Shown here piece after piece: positions 9,114-21,100 of a stretch of DNA of 61,516 bases (positions are counted from its first letter, which is position 1; every line of letters starts with the position of its first letter). The stretch spans positions 1 through 61,516 of IMG/VR virus record IMGVR_UViG_3300036045_000009, one strand, 5' to 3'. The translations under genes were made by a program, and so were the position numbers. A model generated the notes under the pieces. That model saw nothing but the letters and a program-made list of their open reading frames with translations, ran no database searches and was not told where the DNA came from. This DNA is from a virus. Taxonomy: Duplodnaviria > Caudoviricetes.

Positions 9114-12100
9114 TGGCCTACGACTGGCTCGCCGACGCGGAACGCGAGCCTTCCGACAACGAAGGCTTCGAGTGGGTCCGCGATCCAAATGATGGGCTCT
9201 GGTACGAGTTGCCGCAGGTCACGCGGCGCGCGTCGTCATACCTGATCGACCCTGAAGATGCGGTCGGCGCGGACTCGGGCGCCCCGCAACTCATACCGAC
9301 GTCGCCTCCACAGGAGAAGTCGAGTTTTTTCGGTTCGCTGTTCGACATCGAAATGGCGGACCTTGGCAAACTGCTCGGCGCCGAGGGGATTTCGATGGTC
9401 AGGGGGGCGTCGCCGGTCAGTATGGCGTCGTTCGGTGAGCCGGCATCGTTCGGGCTCGATCCGACGCTGCTTGAAGCTCAGGCCGAACTCGCGAGCCCGG
9501 AGAGCCGCAAGGCAATCGACGCCGAACTCGCTGGACAGGAGAAGGCGCTGCTGGAGTCGCGATCGCCGGGCTCTCAGGCGATAGACCAAGAGTCCTATGC
9601 ACGCTGGCCCGAACCCGGCGAGCAAGGCTCGAGGGTCACGAAGTTTCTCGATGCGATGGCGCCGAGCAATCCGCTTGCGATCGGCGCGGTCGCGTTGCGC
9701 GAGGCGTTCCCAAATACCCCGTTCATTGGGCGCGACGCCAAATTGGGCGACTTCAGCGCGGCGAAGATCGCTCAGGACGTGACACGCAGTCTGCCAAGCA
9801 CAGCGGCTGGTATTGCCGCAGGCGGCGGCATCAGCAGCGTGGGGCGAAACCTCGCTGCCAGCGTCCTCCGTCGGGAAGCTGTAGAGCGAGCCGCTACCGA
9901 GGGTAGTGAACAGGCTGTGCGGCAACTCGCTCGCTTGCAGCGCATCGACAGGGTGATTTCCGGCGCTGGCTACGGCGCTGGCGAAGCTGTTATCGCCGCT
10001 CCACAGGCCGCGCAGGACGTGCGCGACGAGATACTCGAACTGCCCGCAGAACTGCTGTTCGAGAGCAATCGCTTCCGCGAAATCTACGATGCCGCTCGCG
10101 AGTTGCCGGAAGCCGAGCGTATTGCCTACGCCCGCGACACGCTCGCGAACGAGCTCGGCAATGCCGCGGGGTTTCGTGTCGCGGCAGTCACGTTCGCGAC
10201 GGGTCCGCTCGCTGCCGATGTGGCCGCGCGCGCCGGCCGTCTGATGGAAGGTCGCACCGCACAGGAGGCGATCGCTGCCAGCCGAGGTCGAGCCAAGCAG
10301 GCGCTCGTGTCAGGTGCCCAGGAAGCCGGGCAGGAATTCGTACAGAGCGGCGGGCAGGAGTTCGTGTCCGCCGAACAGGTTCGTACCGTCGATCCGACTG
10401 TCGACTCGCAGATGCGCATGGTCGAGGGGGCGATCGGCGGCATGTTCGCTGGCAGTGTGATGGGCGCTGGCGTCGGTGCGCTGACCGGAGGAAAGCGGCC
10501 CGCACTTGGCCGCGAGGCGCCGGCAGGTGTTCAACTTCCACAAGGGGAGAGCCCTGATCCCGTTGCCGGGCCAGCGGCTCAGGCAAGTATGGCTGACGTG
10601 AGCCGGCTGGCTCGCGCCGCCCGCGAGGCCGGCGTCGATCCGGCGGCGCTGCGCGAGGTCTCGCAGGCCGTCATCCGCAAACAGGTGGCGCCAGCCGAGG
10701 CCGCGGAAGCCCTGAATTCGCTCATTGAAGCAGCCCGCCAGACCGCCGCAGAGGCTGCTACGGCGGAGCAAGAGCCCCCAGCCACGGAGACCCCCGCAGA
10801 GCCCGCCGAGCCGCCGCTGCCCGCCCAGGGCGAGCCGGATATGGCTGCCACGCCGGCTGCTCTCCTTGCAGAAGAGACCGTGAAGGCCAGGTTCAAGCGG
10901 GAACTGCTGGCGGACGTTCCGGCTGCCTTGGAGCGCTATGCGGCGCTGCCGGGCACGGACAACGGCAGGATCCTCGCGCCGGACATGGCGAAGCGCCTGT
11001 CGCCCGAGTACGTGGCTGATCGGACGCTCTCCGATGAGGTGGCGCCAGGCGCCTCGCACCTGATGCAGGCTGCTTTCGACCAGGCGATCCAGCAGCCGGC
11101 GCCAGCGGGCAAGCAGAACTACGTCGTGTTGACCTCCGGCGGTACCGGGGCAGGCAAATCGACGATTGCCGCTGACGTGCCGGAGTACGGCGAGGCCCAG
11201 GTCGTGTACGACACGAACCTCGCGAGCTTTGAAGTGGCGAAGCGCCGAATAGACGCCGCGCGCGACGCCGGCAAGAGCGTCTACATCGTGCACGTCTATC
11301 GCGATCCGACGGAAAGTTTCCGTCAGGGCGTGCTGCCGCGCGCGATGGGCGCAGAAGGGCGGCCAATCACCGTCGAAAGCCATGCGCGCACGCACGCTCA
11401 GTCGAACGAGGTCGTGCGTCGGCTCGCGGCGGAATATGCCAGCGACGCAGGCGTCACCGTCGAGATAATCGACAATTCCCGCGGGCCAGGGAAGGCGAGC
11501 AAGATCGCGGTCGAGGCGCTGCCGGCGGTGGAGTACAATGCGACTCGTGACGCAGCCCAACAGCAACTCGAAGAAGCCTACGACGCCGACGAAATCTCCG
11601 ACCGCATCTACCGCGCCAGCGGCGGGCAGCGCACAGCGCGATCAGTCGTTCCGCGCGTGGAGCGATCGGGCGACGAAATCAGCGGTGGACGCGCTGAACC
11701 AGAAGTTCGGGCCGAAGTAGATGGATTTTCGCCGGGAAGTGATCGGCGGAATCCGAATCCTGATTCTCGACGAGGCGTCCGAAATACCCCCCGAGGTGTG
11801 GAACGCGAAGCCGGCAGCGCCGAGCACGGCAGTCGTGCGGACGCCGGACCCAATGAGGCTTCCCGGCCCCTTGCCCAAGATCGGTCCGCTGCCACCGAAG
11901 TAGCGGCCGACGCCGCGCCGGCAGAAGAACCAGCAGAGGAATTCGACAGCGATCACGTTGTCGACCGTGGCGCATACACCGGCGCCTACGACCACGACGC
12001 GAGAGTGGCTTCGCTGCGCGCGAAGCTGCGCGGCGACAAGGCGTTCAAGGCGGCGTTCAAGTCTCCCAACGGCAACGACAACGCGCACGTCGAATCTGGC

Positions 12101-15100
12101 CCCGCCATCTCGTTCTTGGACGGATGGGAGGACGCGGCGGCGGGCAAGCCGATCGACGAGGCGCGCATTTCTCGCCCTACGGCAGATATGAAGCCGTGGG
12201 GCTTCAACCCGGTCGACTCCTACCGCAGCGGGTACGAAAGCCAGAAAGCCGGGGAGCCGCGCCGGCTTCGCGTACTCGATCCGATCGAAACGCCCGACAA
12301 AGCCCCGGCCGCTGCAGCGCCGACCGAGGCGCAGCCTGAAACTGACGTCGCCAAGATCTTCGAGAAGATGCTGCTCGCCGGCGCGCCAACGCGGCTCGCG
12401 GAGTTCCGCAGGGCCTATGGCGAGTCGCTCGGACGCGCGGTTATCCCGCGAGACTTCAAGACCGTCGACGAGCTCGTCGAGCGCGCGTTGGTGACGGTCG
12501 CGCGCCGCATCGTTGATAACGCGAAGTCGCCGGCCGAAGCCTTCGACAAGCTGGTAGCGCTGTATCAGTCGCAGCCGACTCTGAGCACGCGCACGTCGAC
12601 AAGCATCGAAAATCAGGCGTACTCGACGCCAGCACCGCTCGCCTACCTCGCTTCGCGCCTTGCCGGCATCACGAAAGACACGTTCGTGCTCGAGCCGAGC
12701 GCGGGCAACGGCATGCTGCTGATCGAGGCGAATCCGAAGAACACGCACGCGGTCGAACTCAACGAAGAGAGGGCGGAGTCGCTGCGCGCGCAGGGGTTCG
12801 CGCCGGTCGTTGGCGACGCGCTGTGGCCGTCATCTGCACCGGACCACGAGCAGGATGTCGTGATTGCGAATCCCCCGTTCGGCGTCGTCAAGACCGACCA
12901 GGGCGACTCGCAGACGTTCTCGATCGACGTCGGCATGGGGCAGATGCGCACGACCGAGATCGACCACGCGATCGCGCTCACGGCGTTGAAGCACATGAAG
13001 GTCGACGGGCGCGCCGTGCTCATCATCGGCGGGATCAACAGACTCGCGAAGTCGCAGGAGGCGCGATCGGACGCTTACAACGGCGCGGCGAAGCGCAAGT
13101 TCTTCTTCAACCTGCAGCGCCTTTACAACGTCGTCGACCACTTCACCGTGTCCGGCGACCTGTACGCGAAGCAGGGCGCGGGCTGGCCGGTCGATATCAT
13201 CGTGATCGACGGGCGGAGGCCGTCTGTAAGGGCGCTCCCGGCTGTCGATGTGCCTCGGGTGTACAATTCCTGGGCGGACCTGAAACCGCTGCTTGAGGCG
13301 ACCAATGAGCGCAATGATCGCATGGGCACCGACACCGCTGCGGCGGTGGACGCGGCTGACCGCGGTGCTGTGCGCGCCGGGGCAGACGATGCAGCGCTCG
13401 ACGTACCTGTCGCTGCTCGGGGAGCGGATACAGCGGATGGTGGACGCAGCGCAGAGCCCGCAGGAAGCGGCGTCCAACCTGCAGACGTGGCTGCACGAAC
13501 TGGGGCTCGTGTCGGACCTCGGCCACGTGCCAGCGAGCGAAGCGGGGAACCGGCTGGTGTGGAGCAATCCAGCGGTGGAAGAGAAGCTCGGCAACTTGGG
13601 CTTCCTGCGGAACCTGCCGGAGCAAGTAGCGGAGATGCCGGAAGCGCGCCAGCAGACGGACCTCGATCAGAGCGACCCGCTCGGCCGGCTCGCGCTGTGG
13701 ACGAGCGACCTGCACGCGACGATGACGAAGTAACGACCGGCGGGCAAACCGCCTACAGACCTTCCAGCGCTGTCGAGGCCATCGGCACGCTCGTTCCCTC
13801 GAACATGCGCACGGCGATTGCCGACGCGCTCACGGATATGTCCGCGCGCGCCGGCAGCATCGACGAGTACGTCGCGCGCGAGCTCGGGTACGAGCCCGCG
13901 GAACTCGGCCGCTACTTCTCCGCGGAGCAGGTCGACGCGCTGGCGTTAGCGCTCGACCAAATGAGCCGTGGATCGGGCTTCATCATCGGCGACCAGACCG
14001 GCGTCGGCAAAGGCCGGTTTGTGGCCGGCATCATCCGCTACGCGCTGAAGAACGGCCGCATTCCGATCTTCGTCACGGAGAAGCCGAACCTATACGCGGA
14101 CATCGTTCGCGACCTGCGTGACATCGCACACAAGGACATCCGTCCGCTGATGACGAATGCCGGCGAGCGCGTGCCGATCGACGACAGCGGTAATGAACTG
14201 CGCACCCAAGGCAATTCGCCGCATAACGCGCTGTTGAACAGAATCGCCGGCAGCGCCGACCTCGGCGAGTTCAACATCGTGTTCACGACCTACAACCAGA
14301 TGCAGACACTCAAGGGCAAGCCCACCGAGCGCATGCTGCTGCTGCAGGCACTGGCGCCGAACGCGATCGTCATCTTCGACGAGTCGCATAACGCTGGCGG
14401 TAGCGACGCCGAAAGGCGCTCTCGCAATCAGAAGGCCGCCGACGGGGGCAGCCCCAAGACTGGACGAGCGGCGTTCGCGCGCGCGCTGGCAAGCACAGCA
14501 AAAGGCGTCGTGTACTCGTCGGCAACCTACGCCAAGCGCCCGTCGGTCATGGACCTGTACTTCAAGACCGACATGAGCCTCGCCGTCGAAGGCGACGCGA
14601 CGAAACTGCCAGCGGCGATCGCCCTTGGCGGCGTGCCGCTACAACAAGCGGTGGCTTCGATGCTCGCGAGGTCCGGTCAGTACATCCGCCGCGAACGCAC
14701 GTTTGAAGGCGTCGAGTACAACACGCCCGTTGTCGGCGTGGATCGGTCGGCGGCCGAGTCCATTTCCGCGATGATGCTGGCGGTCAAGCAATTCGACGAC
14801 GCGAAGGCTGGCGCGGTCGATGCGCTGAAACGGGCGGCGAAGGCCGAAGCGAAGGTCGTGACCGGGAGCACGGCGACGGGGGCGGCCGGCGCGCACTCGA
14901 CGAACTTCACCTCGGTCATGCACAACCTGATCGATCAGATGCTTCTGGCTCTGAAAGCCGATAAGGCGGCGGACCTCGCGCTCGAAGCGTTGAAGCGCGG
15001 CGAGAAGCCGGTCGTCACCGTCTCGAACACGATGGGCTCGTTCATCGAAGAGTACGCGGACGCAGCAGGACTCGCCGGCGGCGATGCGATCACGCTCACC

Positions 15101-18100
15101 TTCCGCGACCTGATGCTCCGCTACTTGGCGAAGTCGCGCGAAGTCCAGGTCAAGGACCACACCGGCAAAGCGACGCGCCACTACCTGACGGACGAAGAAC
15201 TCGGCGCCGCGGGGCTGTACATGTACAACAGTGCCCGCACGGTGATCGACGAGTCCCCGCAGATTCAGGCGGTGCCGATCAGCCCGATCGACTGGATTCA
15301 TCACCGGCTGCGCGAAGCCGGGTACTCGTCGGGTGAGATCACCGGGCGATCGCACACGATCGAGTACGGGAAGAACGGCAAGGCCACGTACAAGCTGCGA
15401 TCGAGCAAGGACACCTCGATACGAGCGCGGCGCAACGCCATCGACAACTTCAACAGCGGGAAGCTGGACGCGCTCGTCCTGAACCAGTCCGGCGCGACCG
15501 GCCTGTCACTGCATGCCAGCGAGAAGTTCAAGGACAAGCGGCGCCGGCGCATGGTCATCGCCCAGGCGGAAAAGAACATCGACACGCACATGCAGATGCT
15601 TGGCCGGGTGCATCGCACCGGCCAAGTCATTGCGCCAGCCTACGATCAACTTGTCGCCGACGTGCCCGCCGAGAAGCGCCCGGCGGCTGTACTCGCGAAG
15701 AAGATGGCGAGCCTGAACGCGAATACAACGGCCTCGCGCTCGAGCCAGTTCACGAGCAAGGAGACCGTCGACTTCCTGAACATCTACGGCGATGAAGTCG
15801 CCGCGCAGTTGATGACCGACCTACCGGAGATTCACCTGAAGCTCGGCGAGCCGCTGGCCGCGGGCGAAAACGGGCTCGAACGCATCGACGCCGCGCGCAA
15901 GGTCACCGGGCGCATCCCCATGCTGCCGGTCGACGAGCAGGAGTCGCTGTACGACCTCATCGAGAACGCCTACGCCGATCGTTTGCAACAGGCGGAGGCA
16001 ATGGGCGAGAACGCGCTGGAAGCCAAGACGCTGCCGCTCGATGCGCGGACGGTCGAGCGCCGCGTGATTTTCGACGGCAAGCAGGGGGCGAGCCCGTTCG
16101 CGGCCGGCGCCGTGGCCGAAGTCGTCGACGTGAAGCGCCTGGGCAAACCGTACACGTCGGAGAAGGTGCGCGAGCTCGTGGCGTCGACTCTCGAACAGCC
16201 CGCAGACAGCACGCTTTCAGCCCTGTCGCGCGCGGGGGAGTCGGCGCGAGCCGAAGTCGTGAAGGACGTGACGGCGAAGTTCGAGAAGTATCTGACGGCC
16301 GAAGAGACGCGGATGCTGGAGTCGGACATGCCGGAAGCCGCCCGTGAAGGGCGGGTCGGCGCATTACGTGGAATCAATGCGCGCTGGCGCGAACTCTCGT
16401 ACACGCTGCACGTAGGCGGAAGCTACGAACTCACGATGGAGGATGGCACGACGCTCTATGGCGTGGTGACCGAGATCCGCCACAAGAAGGGCGTGAAGAT
16501 GCCGGTCGCGCTCGGCTCGTGGATCGCACACTTCGCCGTGGCCGACGGCGCGCGCACATTGAGCATTCCGTTCTCGCGTATGTCCACACGCCAAGCAGCG
16601 GTCGCGGGCATGGGCACGGTGACGGTCGAGCGTGCCAGCCGTCACCCGCTGACTGGCGCAACGATTGAACAGATGTTCGACGACGGCCAGACCCTTAGCC
16701 GCGAACAGCGCGTCGTCGTGACCGGGAACCTGCTCGCCGGCTACTCGCAGATGAAGCGCGGGCAGATCGTGAACTACACCGATGCCGGCGGCCGGACGCT
16801 GCAAGGCATCCTCATGCCTCGCTCGTTCAACCTCGCCGAGTTCACGGCGGAAGCGCCGGTAACGGTTACCGCAGATCAGGCCATCAAACTGCTGCGCGCC
16901 GAGTACAGCTCGATCGTGCGCACGGCCGATGGGCTGGCACAGGTGTCACGAGCTGGCGGTGACTTCGCGATCTCTGTGCCGCGCAGCAAAGCGGAGGGCG
17001 GGAAGTATTTTCTCGATCGCGGCCTGCGCGAGATCGTCGGGGATTTCGTGAGCACGTCGAGCGCGATGCGCGTGCTCGTGCCGGGGAGCCTCGTGTCCGG
17101 CGCCCTGGACTACATCAACACACAGATGGGCCAGCGGCTTGAGGTCGTCACCCATCGCGAGGCAGCGATTCGCGTCGGCGGAACCGCCATCGGCTCGCGC
17201 AAGGTGGAAGCGAAACCAGCCGAGCCGGAGCCTCTGTATTCCCGAGCCCCGGTGTTCTATTCGACTGCCCTTGCAACCGCCGAAGCGCTGCCGCTGCGCA
17301 AGGCGAGCGGTCAACAGTGGTACGCAACGCTCTCGAAGCGCCCCGGCGTGAAGCCGGATGAGCTCGACTGGATGGGGCTGAAGGAATGGCTCGGCGATCG
17401 CGCTGGCGTGACAAAGGACGAACTGATCGAGTTCATGCGCGCGAACGAAATCAACATCGAGGAAACGGAGCTCGGCGGCGACCAAGACCCGCGTGTGACG
17501 GCGGTGAAGCGCCTGCTCGCCGCCGGCTACGAAATCGACGACGACTACACAGCGGTCATCACGAAGAACGGCGAGGACGTCCGTGACGAGGACATGACCG
17601 CTGCCGAGCTCGCCGATTGGGAATTCGTGCGCAACGACCTTCCGAATGCCGATGCTACGGGGGAGCCTCTCGCCACCAAGTACGACGAATACACGCTGCC
17701 CGGCGGCAAGAACTATCGCGAGCTGATGTTGCGGTTACCCGCGCGAGACACGGTTACGCAAGTGCCATCCCCGGCCCCGGCGGGATGGGGCGACACAGAC
17801 GGCGGGAATGTCGGTGTAGCGCGGCGAGGGAATATCAAGGCCGACTTTCGCGGCGGTCACTTCGACGAGCCCAACGTCATTGCGCATGTGCGCTTCAACG
17901 AGCGCATCGACGCCGATGGCAAGCGAGTGCTGTTCATCGAGGAGATTCAGAGCGACTGGCATCAGGCCGGCCGCCGGCGTGGCTATCGCGGGCGGCAGAC
18001 ACCGCGGCCGACGCTAGATGATGTGGCGCGCGAGGTCTACGGGCGACCGTACTCCGAACTGGACGAGCCGACTCGGGCGGCAGTAGACAGCGAACACGCA

Positions 18101-21100
18101 GCGCGCGAGCGCGGGACTGGTGGCGCAGCGCCCGCGACGGATGGCGGGAATGCGGTGCCCGACGCGCCATTCAAGACGACATGGCACGAACTCGCGCTCA
18201 AACGGATGATCCGCTACGCCGCGGAAAGCGGTTTCGATCGCGTCGCGTGGACGACGGGGCAGACGCAGGCCGATCGCTACAGCCTTCGAAAGCGCCTGTC
18301 CGCGATCTACTACAGCGGCAGCAACTTCTCTGCGGTCGACCACAACGGGAAGGAGGTCATCCGGCGTACTGGCGTCACTCGCGAAGAACTCCCCGAATTG
18401 ATAGGGAAGGCAGCAGCAGATCGCCTGTTAGCGAAGGAGCCTGACGGAACCCTTCGGTCGCTCGAAGGCGAGGATCTGGAAGTCGGCGGCGAAGGCATGC
18501 TCACGTTCTACGACAGCATGCTCGTCGTAGCCGCCAACAAGTACGTGAAGAAATGGGGCGCGAAAGTCGGGTCCACGACGATCAAGGCCGACAACGCGCC
18601 GGAGGAAGTGGTCGCGCGCACGGCCGCATCCGATCCGAAGCATCCGCTGGTCGTGAAAAACCGCCTGCCTGTTCACTCGGTCGACGTCACGCCGGCCATG
18701 CGTGACTCCGTGTTGGCCGGGCAGCCGCTATTCAGCGGCGCGAGGGCGTCAGGCGGCGCAACCGTCGCCCAGGTCAGGACTTGGCTCGGCCGTGCGATCG
18801 ACAAAACCCGTGGCGCGGCGGAGACGGTAATCGTTGCAGATGTCGACGAACTGCGCCGGGTTACCGGCCGGCCGAACATTCCCGATGACGTGGAAGGAGT
18901 GTACTTCCTCGGTGGTCGTACGGTGTACCTCGTCGCGAGCCGGCTGCCGGACGCGGCGACGGCGCAGCGCAAGTTCGCGCATGAGATGTTCGGGCACCTC
19001 GCCCCGGAGCGGTACGAGGACATGCGCCGCGCGGTGACGATGGTGCAAAACCTGCGACGCATGAAGTCGCAGAGCATCACCGCGCTGTGGGACGAGGTAT
19101 CGCGGCTGCAACCTGGACTGACGGACCTGCAACACGCGAAGGAAGTCATCGCGCTCATGGCCGAGCGCGGCGTGAAGAATTCGATCATGGACCGCTTGCT
19201 CGCGTGGGTGCGGCAGACGCTTCGGTCGTGGGGCGTCAACATCGAGCACGCGGAGGCGGAACTGCGCGCACTCATCGGTCGCGCTGCCCGTGCGCTCGAA
19301 TCCGATGCGCGGCTGTCCGCGCGCGACGAAGCGAGCGTTGCGGATGCCGACGCGAAGGATGATGTGTCGCTCGATGCCGCGCTCGGCGCGATGGACCTGG
19401 CGCGCTCGCCGCTGATCGAGTCCGGGGCGCCGCTGGAGCAGTTCTACGAGCGGCCGGCTGATGTATTGGACGGCGACGCGCTCGACGTGAACCTCGAGGC
19501 GCTTGACGACGCCATAGCCCGGCACTGGCTGCCGCAGTTCTCGCGTGATGACGGCAGCGCGTTCGCGGCGGAAGTGCTCGTAGAACTCGGCGCGGTGGAT
19601 GAACTATTCAAGCGGCCCACGACCGGCGCCGGTACTGTGCGCGAAGCTCTTGCCGCTATTGCGCCGGACATTGAGTGGGGCGGCACGGAACTGCCAGTTG
19701 AGGAAAGTGATTGGTTCCGCGCGGAGCGTCGGCACGTCGCCAAGCTTCCGAATGGCAAGCCGCTGTATGTATACGAACGTGGCCGCGAAGTCTGGATCGA
19801 CATCAGTGACAGTAGGCGTGGCGGTGGCGGTGATGCCGCTTATCAGGCCATCGCGGACTATGCCCGCAACACTGGCCGCCGCTTCATCGGTGATCCGATG
19901 GGGCTGTCGGCGGATGCCATTGTTCGCCGGACTTACCACATGCTCTCGAACATGGTCCGGTACGGCGACCTGCGCGGCTTCGAGCCGGCGCCAGCCCAAC
20001 TGGAGGGCGCGCCAGATCGTAGGATTGCACCGCTGGCGTGGCCGGCGGACAATGCAGGCCGGTTCCGGGCGCTGATCGAGTCGTTCTATCAGACGCATCG
20101 AAACCTGTACCCTTGGATCGAGAATGTTCGATACAACTTTGCCGAAAGACGATTTGTTGGTGATTCAGCAGATCGACTCAATCAGGCAGTACATCATGGG
20201 CCTTCCTCCCCTGAGTCCCGAGGAATTGGAGCGCCGCAGGCGGGGCGCCGAACGCTGCGAGCGGCTGTATTCCTCCAATCCCTCCTACGCAGCGAAAGCA
20301 GCGAAAGACCCGCTGTACTGGCACAAGTTCTACGCCAGCCAAGTGAACTGGTAACGAAGGGCGGGCTCGACCCGCTTTTCTCTCGCTCTCCACCCGAAGA
20401 TCCGCAGCTAGCCGCCGACCGCCGAAAAGTCATGGCCGCTGCCGGGCACGCGGCGTTGCCGCTGCGCGACCGCTTGCGCTTGTTTCTGCGCAAGCACCTC
20501 GACTTCTCGAAGCTCGCCGCGCGCCAGTACATCGCCAACAGCTTCGCCTCGATCGAGGCGTACGAGCGCCTTATCAACGCGGGGCAGTTGCAGGATGCGT
20601 CGGTCTCGCCCTACAAACAGACGGTCGCGACCCAGAACCTCGGCTCGGTGATGAGCGCGGTGCTGTCGCACGGCGTCCCTGTCTGGCGCGACGGGGCTTA
20701 CGTGGTCGCGGACGACGGCCGAAAGGGCATCACCGACATCTTCGCGCCGCTCGTGAATCACCCTGCCGGCAACCTTTTGCCGCAGTGGGAGTATTACGCC
20801 GCGGCTCGCCGGGCTGCGCGTCTCATCACGGAAGGGCGCGAGCGACTTTTCACGCAGGACATGATCGACCGCGCGTTGGAGCTCGCGACGACGTATCCCG
20901 AATTTGATGGCGTATTCAACGACTGGCAGACCTTCAACAAGCAAGCGCTCGACATGGCGGAGGAAGCCGGGCTTCTAAATGCCGAGAGTCGCGCGATCTG
21001 GGAGCGCAACGACTACGTGCCGTTCTACCGGGCGGTGGAAGCCGCGTCCGGTCGGCTGAATCCGGTCTCGCTGAAGAAGGCGATCGCGAACCAGCGCGCG

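Noticed and set aside
17617-20075. Other alternative-frame ORFs in the giant gene (17617-18021, 19087-19362, 19599-20075)
   Set aside because: Arg/Pro/Ser/Ala-rich shadow composition over well-formed host domains, unlike the four retained nested ORFs
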